From positions 15,500,001 to 15,564,000 of the forward strand of contig JBHGNT010000007.1 in the NCBI GenBank assembly GCA_043228905.1: a DNA stretch of 64,000 nucleotides, given 5' to 3'. Positions within the stretch are counted from its first letter, which is position 1. Each line of letters begins with the position of its first letter. The position numbers and the translations under genes were made by a program. The notes beneath the pieces are model-generated. The model was not told the DNA's origin and ran no database searches. It worked only from the letters and a program-made list of their open reading frames with translations. Below are positions 38,394-52,050 of this stretch, one piece after another. The stretch is from Azolla caroliniana. Taxonomy: Eukaryota; Plantae; Polypodiophyta.

Positions 38394-39415
38394 AGTGCCG
38401 TGGAACCTGAAGCCGATTCCGGTGCCAGGGGTGCATATTCTGAAAGTCATCGACTTGCTCAAGGAGAAGGTGGCGATGGGGATTCTAGAGCCATCAAACG
38501 CTCCGTACTCAAATCGATGGTTTACGGTTCCGAAGAAGAATGGGTCACTCCGATTTATCCAAGACTTGCAACCGGTGAACAAGGTCACGATCCGGAACTC
38601 CGGAGTCGGTCCGATAGTGTACAAATTTGTGGAAGCATTTGCCGGTCGTGTGATATACTCCATCGGAGACCTATACTTGGGGTATGATCAATTCCAATTA
38701 GTCGTGGAGAGCCGAGACATCACTACCATGCAGACACTGATAGGATTAGTCCGAATGTGCACACTACCACAAGGAGCGACAAACTCAGTGGCACATATGA
38801 CGAACGCGATGAACAAGGTGCTTCGAGATTGCATTCCAGCGATAACGATGCCATTCCAAGATGACATTCCGATGAAAGGATGCATGGTAGAAGAAAAAGA
38901 TGAAACTATGGATGATCGGGGATGCCGAAAGTTCGTAGTCGACCATATTCGTGATTGCGAGAAAGTGCTTCGAAAGTTAGAAGATGTGCACCTAACACTT
39001 TCCGGGGAGAAATCGGTATTTGGGCAAGAAGAGATATTGGTAGTCGGACATCTATGTGGGCCCTACGACTGAAGACCTTCACCAACCAAGATTGATGCGA
39101 TTCAAGCTATGAAAGAAGTATGCGAGTCACAATCCAAAGTCTGAAGGTTTCTTGGAGCTTGTGCATTTTATCACATATGGATTCCACACTATGCACATAT
39201 TGCGGAAGGGGAAGAAGTTCGAATGGAAACCGGAACACACCAAAGCCATGAAGAAGCTCAAGAAAACACTACGGAGGGGAGCCCAAGCTGTTTTATCACA
39301 TATGGATTCCACACTATGCACATATTGCGGAAGGGGAAGAAGTTCGAATGGAAACCGGAACACACCAAAGCCATGAAGAAGCTCAAGAAAACACTACGGA
39401 GGGGAGCCCAAGCTG
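38394..39415 (+). pseudogene. RT fragment of an H-like Ty3 element
   Basis: VPWNLKPIP...YSNRWFTVPKKNGSLRFIQDLQPVN...PFQDDIP closely matches H Pol; ends in a 125-bp tandem duplication. Confidence 0.88.
39166..39415 (+). repeat. Perfect 125-bp tandem duplication
   Basis: 39166-39290 equals 39291-39415. Confidence 0.92.
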
Positions 39416-39820
39416 AAGCTAACCGAAAAAGGGGGAGGCAAAGCCGTGAAGACCAAGACCCGGGCGTGGTCCGATGTCGTGAAGGGCCTGAAGAATGATG
39501 ACGAATTGGAGACAACCAATTCACTGAAGAGGAGTTCGATTCGGAGGAGCCGAATTAAATGAAGGCCAAATGGACGAGAGGGAAATGGAAGTTGACACTG
39601 AAACGGAGGAACCGACGGGTTGAGAAGCGCCGAAGTTGAAACAAAGAAGGAGCTGAGAAGGGCCTTATGAGCAGACAAGCCGACCGAGAAGGTCGAGAGG
39701 GGCGAGAATGGACGGTTCGTGGAAAGGGGGACGGGACGGGACGAGGAGCGCAAGCCAGGCGGGAGGACTCCAGGAAGAGTCGGAGGAGAGGACTGATTAC
39801 CACTAGCATTGACACTGCGA

Positions 39821-42800
39821 TGTCTTGAAAATCTGTCACTATGTGTGGATTGTGAGGCAGAATCACTGAGGTTATTGACTGGAATGACTTATAGATCACA
39901 CACACAACAAGAGGAAGGAAAAAATATTCAAACGTGTTCGTGGAAAGGGGAGGTGCATGGACAAGCCCGAATTAACCCCTCGTCACAAGGAGAATGAATG
40001 CACGAGAGGAAGGTTTACTCATGGACACACAAGGAAAAGGCTTACATACACACACAGATGACAAATTTCCAAACGCCTTCGTGAAAGGAGAGGTGCATGG
40101 GCAAGCCTGAACGCTCCCTTATCACAAGACATACGAACACATAAGCAACTTTTACACACGGGAGACAAAGTTTTGAATGCCTTCGTGAAAGGAGAGGTGC
40201 ATGGGCAAGCCCGGACGCTCCCTTGTCACAAGACACACGAACACACAATCAAGGTTTACACACGAGAGACAAAGTTTCGAATGCCTTGGTGAAAGGAGAG
40301 GTGCATGGGCAAGCCCGAATGCTCCCTTGGCACAAGACACACGAACACACAAGCAAGATTTACACTGACACAAAAGTTTGAATGCCTTGGTGAAAGGAGA
40401 GGTGCATGGGCAAGCCCGAAATGCTCCCTTGTTATAAGACACACAAACACACCAACAAGATTTACATTAACACGCAAGACACAAAAGTTTGAATGCCTTG
40501 GTGAAAGGAGAGGTGCATGGGCAAGCCCGAAACGCTCCCTTGTCGCAAGATACACAAACACACAAGCAAGATTTATATTAACAGACAAGACACAAAAGTT
40601 TGAATGCCTTGGTGAAAGAAGATGTACATGGGCAAGCCCGGAACGCTCCCTTGTTACAAGACACACAAACACACAAGCACACAAGCACACAAGCACAAGT
40701 GACAACAACAAATAAGATACATTGGTGAAAGGAAACATTAGTTTATTGCAAAATAATAGATTCTTTTATAATATAAGAATCATGCTACAATGGGTTTGAT
40801 GTGAATATGAAATATTGTTTATAAAGGAATGGGGGAAGAGAGGTGGAGCAAAGAAGAGAGTGGAATATAGGAGTTTCTTTGTTGATGACGTCTCTTGATG
40901 ATGTTGATCCTTCTTCTTCCGCTTTCCAATTGAGTAGAGCTTCCGTGTTCCTCTTCCTTTCCCCCTTCTTCTTAAAATGACCTCTTATTTATAGGTTTAG
41001 GATTGCTTGCTTCCTTTTTTTTTTCCCTAAAAGTTTGTCTATATGAGTCGAGTTTCTTTTTATCACTATTTCTTTTCCATAATTTAAAATCTGACATGCA
41101 AGATATTCTTAGAAAGCTCTTTCTTTTCTAATTTGGACATTGGATGAGGAAATTATGAGCTTTTTACTCGACCTTGATCCTCATATCCATGCCTAGCTTT
41201 TCTTTTCCCATTTTCTCCTGCTTTTGTTTACTTTTGAAAACCACTTCTAACTTTATATTCCTCATCGTTTATTGTAAGATTTAATCCTTTGACCTTTTAT
41301 TTATAAGGAATTTTCTTTGAAAGTATTTTTCTTATTAATAAAGTAGTTTATTTGAACTACTATTTTACTTCTTTTTGAGGGTGGTTTCACATTATGTGTC
41401 AAAAACATCATGACATCCACCCCCACCAAACCTGCACATCCTCTGGTATGTGCCAATGATTGTTAGCCTCTATTGCTTATTCTTCTTTAACCTGGATGGT
41501 TGAGACTACATCGTCTAGAGCTTCGATTTCAAGATTTGTGGCGTCTCTTCTCTTAAAGATCTTGATTTTCTTCCCTGCAATTGGCAAAGCAAGTCGAGTT
41601 CCATCTAACTCTACTAGAAAATAGGTTGGATTGTTTTCAATTTTCTTGACCATATATGGGCCAAACCATCGTTTTGCAAACTTTCAAGCAGTGATATATT
41701 GATTATCAAGGCTACTATCATAGACAAGTACCCAATCTCCTTCTTCAATTTTTCTTTAGATGATGCTTTTTATCAAAATTCTCCTTGTTCCTCATGAGCC
41801 TGGCGCAACCGTTCTATTGCCAGCTTGACATCTTCGGGCCTCCGTTCTAATTGTTGAATCCTTGTAGCTAGCAAGTCTTCTCGACTCATTTCCTCTTGCC
41901 ATGGCAAAGATTTCCACGAAGTCACACTTTTCTCGATAGGAATTATTGGCTTTTGCCCTAATATGAGCTCAACCGACATATATCCTGTCGTTGTGCTATG
42001 TGTAGTTCTATTAGGCCATAATGCATATGGTAGTAATCGTGGCCAGTCCACCATCTTTCCGTCGCAAGCCTTTGTTAGAGCTTTTACAATCGGACTATGT
42101 CCTCGTTCCACCTTCCCATTTGATGCTTATCCTCGAAAAGAACTCTTTAGCGTCATTTGCATCTAATTCTCCCCTATCGGCTACTATTTTGCCGACACAT
42201 CCGTATCGACAAATAACATCTTCAAGGAGAAACTTACAAACCTTCGAAGTTGTTTTATTCCTTAGTGCCCGACCTTCTAGTTGGTGAGATCCTCTCTTGC
42301 TAGCACGAGGTACCTCATTTGCCACAACCCCATCACCATAACCACTATGTCTACCAACCATTTATAATGCATTGATAATGGATGTCGGATGAAGTCCATC
42401 CCTATGTTGAACATTTGAGTACAATTGACATTGCACACATGTTTCCACTTGCTACATCTTTGTAAACACTCGGCCACCAATACTTCTCCTTTAGCTTTGC
42501 AAAAGTTGCTCATATGCCTCGATGACTTGCCCACACACAATCATGAAATTCAGCAATTAGGGTTTCTCGATCTTGTTTCTTGCATACCACTCGAAGCGGA
42601 GTTCCATTCTTCCTCTTTGGAAACTTCCATAGATGTCCTTCTTTGAGGAAGAACTTGTAGGCCTTCTTCCTAATTTGGTAGAAGTCTTCCTTTGACCATG
42701 ATTCATCCTTTGTAAGAGAGCTCAAGTACCTGCCAATTTCGATGAAGTCACCCTCATAATCTTCTACTTTAAACACCGCTAGCACCCGAGCACAAGAAAC

Positions 42801-43245
42801 CGTAAAGAAGTTTAGGCCAAGATCCTCTTCGTCGGAGCGCGAATCTTCTTCACCCTCGTACCTTGCCCTTGACAACATATCGGCCACCACATTATGCTTC
42901 CCATTTATATGTCAAATCTCGGGGTTGATGGACTTGATATAGGCAATCCATCGTAGCATAACAATATCCGGTGTAGCACAACTGGATATCATCTCGAGAA
43001 TAGGTAGACAATCGGTTTCGATTATGAATTCTGTTTTGATAAGGTAGTCATGATCGGTTTTAACCGTGGATACTATCCCCCATAGCTCTCTCTTTACTTG
43101 GGCATACTTTCTTTGTCTTTCGGTCAACACCTTTGCACCGAATCGGATTGCATACTAATTTTTTTCTTTGTCTTCTTGGTTTATCACCCATCCAATTCCG
43201 GTTGGGGTCGTATCCACTGTCACATATATCGGGGTACCTTCAGTG
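39821..43245 (-). mobile_element. Decayed H-like Ty3 element M (RNase H-IN, PPT, 3' LTR 39821-41415), cut by Copia E
   Basis: ERQRKYAQVKRELWGIVS, VADMLSRARYE, ERGHSPIVKAL fragments; PPT GGTGGGGGTGGA next to TGTCATGA at 41415; left terminus TGTCTTGA at 39821; minus-strand TATAAATA ~40985. Confidence 0.8.
40065..40735. repeat. Minisatellite of ~101-111-bp units (6 full plus partial copies) within the M LTR
   Basis: GTGAAAGGAGAGGTGCATGGGCAAGCCCG core (or close variants) at 40081, 40185, 40289, 40390, 40501 and 40612. Confidence 0.88.
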
Positions 43246-44247
43246 TGTTAGGAATATGTCCCTCCAGTGGGAGGAACCGCCTGATTGGATGAGAGTCGAC
43301 GGTTGAGGAGTCGACTCAGAGAGAGTTGATCGAGGTTGAAGACATGACCGATTAATTGGGCCGACCCAACAATTGACGAATGAGTCGGCTGATTAGTAAT
43401 ACTACTACTACTATTATTATTGGATAATAATAATGGTCATGATTGTAAATAGCCTATTTTGTGTATTAGTATAAATACACCTAGGCCAAATAGAACACGT
43501 ATAGGTGTGTGTGTGAGAGCCTCTGTTGTGCAGCGTGAGAGAGAAGAGAAAAGAGGGTGAGGGAGCGTGAGTGAGTTAGCGGCGCCATAGCTATGATTAG
43601 AACAACATACGCCAAGAGTCCTTCAAGGCAGTTTACACTCTATCTAGAGAGTGTTGTACTCTGATCGCGTTGTTGTATATCCAATGTATAGTGAAGCTCC
43701 GTTCTCCGTGGTTTTCACCTACTTTAGGGTTTCCACGTTAAATCTGTGTACACTGTTTTCTGTGCTTTAGAGTTGTGGATTTCAACATATTCCTTTTCTA
43801 GTAGATTAACGATTCCTTTCTCAACAAAGTGGTATCAGAGCTTGAGGTGCGAGCATGGAAGGAGGTGTGAGTGGCTTCCCAGAAATGATAGTTCTAAACT
43901 CTCAAAACTATGCAGACTGGAAAATAAAGATGGAGGACCTTCTCATAGTGAAAGACTTGTACAAGCTGATCGGCAGAGTAGAAATACCCACTGGGGTATT
44001 AGAGTCGGAATGGAAACTTCTTAACTGAAAGGCGGTGGTCACCATCCGACAATACGTCGATGTAAGTGTCCTTTAGCATGTGGCGAATGACACAAATGAC
44101 CACGAGATGTGGTAGAAGTTGTCAGGTCTATATGAGAGGAAGAACGCCCTCAATAAAACCTCACTGATGAGAAAGATTGTACGGCTAAGATACAGAGACG
44201 GTGAGAGCATCGTCGAACACATCCGCACAATCATGGGGTATGTAAAT

Positions 44248-47200
44248 TGTTGGGATTACGGTCCCTTTCGGATGGGATGGTCGGATGTCCGAAGATGAAT
44301 GCCGACAAGCCCGGTTTCGGTTTCGGAACCGGATGATGAAGACCCCGGTTTCGGAACCGGATGACGAATGTACCCGGAGAGAGATCCGGATGCGGGGACA
44401 TATCTGTGAATGTGTTTGCCAAGGGCCCTTGAGGCTATAGTTGTAAATAGCCCTAAAGTCATATGTGTATAAATATGACTTAGGGCAAACAGTTTTAATG
44501 TTGCTACTCATTTTTCTGTTTTTCCACTCAAGAGGAGTGAAGAGAGAGCAGCCGTGAGAGAGATAGAGCGTGAGAGAGATAGAGCGTGAGAGAGGAAGAG
44601 GTCGACGCCTCTGTGTAATACCGCCGCCTGTGGCGAGGATAGCGAGCTCAGGGTCGTCGCCTTGCAACTCGCCATTGTATATTTCTCTGTGCATAGTTTT
44701 GGTTTGGAGTCTTGTACTCCCGTGGTTTTTCCCGTATAGGGTTTTCCACGTTAATCCCTGTGTTATCGTGTCTTTCTCTGTATTTCCCATTTTCTGCAAC
44801 AACGATTCGTGTGTTTCCTTGGTTGTGGCGGAGAGGTGAAGGTGAATCGGAGCGTCGATTCTCAACAAAGTGGTATCAGAGCGAGTTGCTGCAGAAAATG
44901 GAAGGCGGCAGCAGCGGGCAGCCGGGGATGATGGTGCTGAATGCGCAGAATTACGCCGACTGGAAGATCAAGATGGAGGATCTTCTGATTGTTCGGGACC
45001 TGTACGAACCGATTGACAGGTCGGAAATACCGAAGGGGGTACTTGAGTCGGAATGGAGGCTTCTGAACCGGAAAGCCGTTGCAACCATTCGGCAATACGT
45101 CGACGTGAGCGTTCTACAACATGTGGCGAACGACACCAACGCATATGAGATGTGGCGGAAGCTGTCAGGCCTCTACGAGAGGAAGAATGCGTTGAACCGG
45201 ACCTCCCTGATGAGGAAGATAGTGAACCTCAAGTACCGGGACGGCGAGAGTATGGTGGAACACGTAAGCACGTTCATGGGATTCGTGAACCAGCTTGCGG
45301 CGATCAAGTTCCCGTTGGAGGATGCAATGCAAGCCATCATATTGATGTGTACATTGCCGGAAAGCTGGGAGAACTTGGTGGTGACTCTCAGCACCTCCTG
45401 CACCGAAGATAACTTGTCTTTACAAACGGTAAAGACAAGCATTTTGAACGAAGAAGCGCGTCGGAGAGATAAAGAACCGGCCTCCGATCCGAAGATGCTG
45501 CTTGCCGAATCGGATCGGGGAAGACAACGGAACCGGAGTCCGCAAAGACGGGAGAAGTCGGGGACCCGGTCGCAGTCAAGAGGAAGGCCCACATGCTTCC
45601 ACTGTGGGAAGCCGGGGCACTTCTGAAAGAATTGTCGGCATTACCGAAAAGACAGCGGAGCCGACGACACCGATTCGAAGAAGTTTTCGGATCGGAACGG
45701 TGCTTACCGGGGAGCCACGGACCGGAATGGTTCGGATCGGCGAGGGCAGGACCGGAAAGGAATGACGGCGCTCGCGGCAAGTGAGGAAGAAATCATGCTC
45801 ATCACCGAAGAAGGTGAACTAAACATTGCCGGCGATGAGACGACCTGGGTGGTCGATTCCGGAGCATCGTTCCACCTGACCCCGGAGAGAAGATACTTCT
45901 CATCTTACACAGCCGGTGAGCATGGCTGTGTTCGGATGGGAAATGAAGGTACGTGCCGGATTGCCGGCATAGGAGACGTGTGGTTGACAACCCCGACCGG
46001 ATGCAAAATGCTACTGAAGGATGTCCGACACGTTCCGGAGGTTCGATTGAACCTGATTTCGGCCGGGAGGCTAGACGATGAAGGCTACACGGGTAGCATC
46101 CGGAACGGTGTCATGAAGTTCAGCAAAGGGAGCCTGATAGTGGCTCGGGCCCGGAAAGTCAACACACTGTACCTTATGAATGCCCGGTTGTGTCCGGAAG
46201 AGTTGAACGTGGCAGCCGACACTGCCGGTGAGCTGTGGCACAAGAGACTGTGCCACATGAGTGAGAAGGGGATGAAGAGGCTTGCAGAAGACAACCTTAT
46301 TCCAGTAAAGCATGTGCACCTGGAGAAGTGCACCGATTGCCTGGCCGGTAAGCAGAACCAAACCTCCTTCCACTCAAGGCCACCGACGAGACGTAGCGCA
46401 CAATTGGAGTTGGTGCACACTGATGTGTGTCAGGTAGAAACGAAGTCACATGGCGGAGCCCAGTACTTCGTAACATTCATAGATGACCACAGCCGGAAGC
46501 TGTGGACGGCACCGCTGAAGACAAAGGACCAAGTATTGTCCGTCTTCAAAGAACTCCACGCAAGAGTGGAAAGGGAATCCGGCAAGAAGCTGAAAGCGAT
46601 ACGAGCGGATAACGGAGGGGAATACCGGGGGCAGTTCGCAGAGTACTGTCGCTCGAAGGGAATCCGGCTCGAGTTTACTATGCCGAAGACGCCGGAACTG
46701 AACGGGCTGGCCGAGAGGATGAACCGGACCATAATGGAGAGGGTCCGGAGTATGCTGGCGCATGCGGAATTACCCAAGGGGTTTTGGGCTGAGGCGATGT
46801 CGACGGCGACATATGTGATAAACAGATCACCCTCAGTACCTTTGGACGGAGACACGCCGCAGAGAGTGTGGACCGGTAGGGAAGTATCCTACCGGCATCT
46901 GAAGGTGTTCGGGTGTCTCGCATATGTGCATGTGGCAAAGGACCGGAGAGGAAAGCTAGATCCAAAGACCCGGCCATGCATATTCCTCGGTTACGGCGAT
47001 GACGAGTTCGGCTACCGAGTATGGGACCCGGTCGACAAGAAGATATTCCGGAGTCGTGATATCATCTTCATGGAGAACAATACACTCGCCGACTGGGAGT
47101 CGGAGAAGAAGATGAAGAGCTCCAAGTCGACCGGTGAGGATCAACTCTACGAAGAGCAGTCCCGACCGGCAAGGGACCGGTTAACACTCGAAGATCCGGC

Positions 47201-49585
47201 CGAAGACGGTGAAGAAACAGAACCGGCCGAAGAAGATGAAAATGATACCGGAACCGGCCCCGATCCCGAAATGGATTCGGATGAAGAAGAATCGGAAGAA
47301 CCGGTTACCGAAGCTCCGGAACGGAGATATCCTCTGAGAGAGAGAAGGGCCCCCCGGAGATTTCCGGAACCAGAGCACGTGCTTCTAACCGACGAGGGGG
47401 AGCCGGAGAGCTTTGAAGAAGCGAAGCATGACACCCAGAGCCGCAGGTGGTTGAGTGCCATGCAGGACGAGATGGATTCCCTGCATGAGAACCACACATA
47501 TGAACTTGTGGAGTTGCCGAAAGGAAAACGGGCACTCCGTAACAAGTGGGTGTTCAAGCTGAAACCGGGAGATGCCGGAAACCCCCCGAGATACAAAGCC
47601 AGGATCGTGGTGAAGGGGTTCCAGCAGAAGAAGGGCGTCGACTTCGACGAGATATTTGCCCCGGTAGTGAAGATGACCTCCATCCGGACGGTGCTGAGCA
47701 TAGCGGCAAGCATGGACCTCGAGGTAGAACAGATGGACGTGAAGACGGCATTCCTTCACGGTGACCTCGAAGAAGAGATATACATGCAGCAACCGGAAGG
47801 ATTCGAGAAGAAAGAGAAGGAGCACTTGGTATGCCGGTTGAAGAAGAGCCTTTATGGTTTGAAGCAGGCTCCCCGGCAGTGGTACCGAAAGTTTGACTCC
47901 TTCATGACCGATGAAGGGTACCACAAAACGCAGTCCGACCACTGCGTGTTTGTGAAGAAGTTCGACGGAGGAGACTCTCTAATACTCCTCCTGTACGTGG
48001 ACGACATGTTGATCGTCGGACGGGACCAGGTCAAGATACGAATGCTGAAGAAGGCTCTTCACCGAACGTTCTCAATGAAGGACCTGGGTCCGGCGAGGCA
48101 AATACTAGGGATGCACATCATCCGGGACCGGAAGAAGAAGCAGTTGTGGCTGTCACAGGAGAAGTACGTGACAAAGGTGCTTCAACGGTTCAACATGTCG
48201 GAAGCAAGACCGGTCGGGTCAACACTCCCGACAAACTGCAAGCTGTCCAGCAAGCAAAGCCCCAAGACAAAGGCTGAGAAGGAGGACATGATGAAAGTAC
48301 CATATGCCTCTGCCGTCGGGAGCTTGATGTACGCAATGGTGTGTACCCGACCGGACATAGGATATGCAGTCAGAGTGGTGAGTCGGTACATGAGCAATTC
48401 CGGCAAAGAGCATTGGAACGCGGCCAAGTGGATACTCCGATACCTGAAGGGCACAGCAAACGTGTGCCTCCGATTCGGGTCCGGTAAACCCGAACTCGAC
48501 GGCTTCACCGATTCGGATATGTCGGCTGATGCAGATACCAGCCGGTCCACATCAGGGTATGTGATGACGTATGCAGGGGGAGCTGTTTCCTGGCAGTCGA
48601 GGCTGCAGAAGACGGTTGCGTTGTCAACCACGGAGGCGGAGTACATGGCAGCTGTTGAAGCCGGCAAGGAAATAATATGGATGAAGGACTTCATTAGAGA
48701 GCTCGGTATCCGGCAGGAGGAGTACCGACTCTACTGCGACAGTCAGAGTGCTATCCACCTTGCGAAGAACGCGGCCTATCACTCCCGGACGAAGCACATC
48801 CAGCGAAGATATCACTGGATCCGGGAAAGGATAGAAGACAAGGAGTTCGTGCTGACGAAGATCCACACGGACGAGAACGGGTCGGATATGCTGACCAAGG
48901 TGCTCACACCCGACAAGCTGGAAGCATGCCGGAAGAGGATCGGATTGGAGAGACATCCCATGCCGAAGTGAAGGGGGAGTTTGTTGGGATTACGGTCCCT
49001 TTCGGATGGGATGGTCGGATGTCCGAAGATGAATGCCGACAAGCCCGGTTTCGGTTTCGGAACCGGATGATGAAGACCCCAGTTTCGGAACCGGATGACG
49101 AATGTACCCGGAGAGAGATCCGGATGCGGGGACATATCTGTGAATGTGTTTGCCAAGGGCCCTTGAGGCTATAGTTGTAAATAGCCCTAAAGTCATATGT
49201 GTATAAATATGACTTAGGGCAAACAGTTTTAATGTTGCTACTCATTTTTCTGTTTTTCCACTCAAGAGGAGTGAAGAGAGAGCAGCCGTGAGAGAGATAG
49301 AGCGTGAGAGAGGAAGAGGTCGACGCCTCTGTGTAATACCGCCGCCTGTGGCGAGGATAGCGAGCTCAGGGTCGTCGCCTTGCAGCTCGCCATTGTATAT
49401 TTCTCTGTGCATAGTTTTGGTTTGGAGTCTTGTACTCCCGTGGTTTTTCCCGTATAGGGTTTTCCACGTTAATCCCTGTGTTATCGTGTCTTTCTCTGTA
49501 TTTCCCATTTTCTGCAACAACGATTCGTGTGTTTCCTTGGTTGTGGCCGAGAGGTGAAGGTGAATCGGAGCGTCGATTCTCAACA
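44248..49585 (+). mobile_element. Copia F, full length, sister of C
   Basis: LTRs 44248-44867 and 48982-49585; TSD TAAAT; PBS 44871-44882; PPT AAGGGGGAG ending 48979. Confidence 0.97.
44898..48971 (+). pseudogene. Copia F gag-pol with a single in-frame TGA (45624-45626)
   Basis: ORFs 44712-45626 and 45762-48971 are in frame; C has an Arg codon at this Zn-knuckle position. Confidence 0.93.
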
Positions 49586-52050
49586 TAAATCAACTTGCTG
49601 CAACCAAGTTTCCTCTTGATGATGCTATGCAGGCCATCCCGTTGATGTGCACACTGTCGAATAGCTGAGAGAACCTGGTGGTTACTCTCAACACCTCCTG
49701 TCAAGAAGAGAACTTGTCTTTACAAGCAGTGAAGACAAGCATCCTGAATGAGGAAGTGAGAAAGAAGGACAAGGGTGTCCTAGTTTAGTCAGAGTCAAAT
49801 TTGACTCAACACATCGGTAGAGGAATGAATCGGCAAAGAAGCCCACCAAGGAGAGAAAAGTCTCAAGCAAGGTTGAAGTCTAGAGGAAAGCTCGTGTGCT
49901 TTTATTGTGGAAATCCTGGACATTTCCAGAAGGATTGGTGACACCTTAAAAGGGAAAAGAGTGTCGGTAATAATGTCGAACCTAGGTAGATTCCTGAAGA
50001 AAAGTACACTTTAGCCATTGCTACGAGCAATGAAGAACTTTTGTTCATTTGTGAACAGACAAGTGCAAATCTTGCAAGCGAAGAATGCACTTGGGTGATC
50101 GACTCTGGTGCATCCTTCCACATAACTCCGTGGAGAGAGTATTTCTCGACTTACATAGCCGGTGATCATGGTTATGTAAAGATAGGTGACAGTGGGGAGT
50201 GCAAGATAGCAGGGATCGGAAGTGTCTGCCTGACAATGATGTTAGTGTGTCAATAGACTCTGAAGGATGTTTGACACGTCCTCGATATTAGATTAAATCT
50301 GATATGAACTGGAAGATTGGACGACGAAGGCTACAAGGTAGTTTTCGGAATGACAGGTGGAAGTTCTACTGAGGAAATCTTATAGTGGCCCGAGCACAAA
50401 AGGAAGGCACATTATATATGATGCAAGCCCAACTGAGCAAGTCGGAAGTGACTATGGCAACGGGCTTGGCAGGACAGATATGGCATAAGAGGCTAGGCCA
50501 CATGAGTGAGAAGGGACTGCATCTGTTGGCCGACCAGAAGCTTCTACCAGAAGTAAAGGGAGTGCACCTGGAGAAGTGTGTTGACTGCTGAGTCAAAAAG
50601 CCGAACAGAGCAGCATTCCACACACGACTACCAAGAAGAAGAGAAGTTACACTGGAATTGGTACACACGGATGTGTGTTCTGTAGATGCTCCGTCGCATC
50701 GAGCCGAACAATACTTTTTGAGTTTTATCGGCGACTACAGTCGGAAGTTGTGGGCTTTCGTACTGAAGCCCAAAGATCCAATACTATCATTTATCAAGGA
50801 GTTCCAGGCAAGAGCTGAACAGGAGTCAGGTCGGAAGTTGAAGGCTATTTGAATTGACAATGATGGCAAATATAAATGGCAGTTCGAGGAATATTGCAAG
50901 GCCCAAGGTATTCGAATCGAATACACAGTACCGAAGACCCCTGAGTTGAATGGGCTTTGCAGAGAGGATGAACTAGAAAATCATAGAGAGAGTAAGGAGC
51001 ATGTTGTTGCATGCTAAACTGCTAAAAATATATTGGGCTGAGGCAATGTACATGGCTATTTATCTTATCAACAAGTCCCCCTTAGTACCGTTGTCGTGAA
51101 GATTTTCGGCAATAGTGTGAAAATCCCATAAAACATACAAAATCGAGTATGAATCACATAATACAATAATTGTGAAGATAACATTTTAAATAAATTTTAA
51201 ATGTAAGTACAAAATGATGGAGGTTTCGAATGCACTTTATTACACGAGAAACGGTGTCGTGAAGAAAACCGTCCATAGGCGGAATCGGCGCACCAAGGCG
51301 TGGGAACCGGTTCTTCGCGCGCGCACGCTCCAAGTTGTACATAGAAGCGAATTAGGAGGATAATCGGCAGGAACGGGCCCTAACTCAAGTGGAGACAAAG
51401 ACCGCGCGAACAGTCTTTTCGGTCGCGCGCGCGAACTGTACGAGTCGGCGGCGTAACTACGCGGATGCGTGAAAAACGGAGCGGATCCCTGTCCAAAGGG
51501 GACAGGGAATAAAGCTGACATGACGGCCTGCTCGTCGGCCTATATAAGGAGCAGGAAAGAGCTGTTGCAGAGATCTCAGGCGGAGAGGACGAAGTGCTGC
51601 CGGACCGTTTCTGGACGCTTCTCTCTCTCTCTCTGTGTTTCCTTCCTTCTCGAGCTCCATAGCTTCTGTGCAGGGTTCCGAGGAGGCTCGCGCTGTTTCG
51701 AGGAACGCCCGAGTGCTTCCGGCAGCACCTCCGACCTGCTACCCCGTTTGAGCGTCGAAGCGAACAGGCATCGGCATCTGTTCGCCGGCCTGTTCGGTTG
51801 TAACAACCTGTGCCCCATCGAGGGTTGTAGTCGTGTTAGCCATTTTTGTTAATACACATATTTAGTCATTCGCACCTGTCTGTGTCGGTGTCTGTTCGCG
51901 TTCTCCGTGCTGAAGGGCCGTGTCCCTGCGTATCCCCGGTCCTGCGTAGCCGGTTCTCTCTCTTTCTCCTCCCTTGCTTGCTCTTTGGTTCGAGACCCCC
52001 GCGGTCCCGCCTCATTTTCACACGCACTTGCGTAATATCTCGACATTATT

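Noticed and set aside
45624-45626. Programmed gag stop/readthrough in F
   Set aside because: It falls inside the Zn knuckle where sister C has Arg; simple nonsense mutation.
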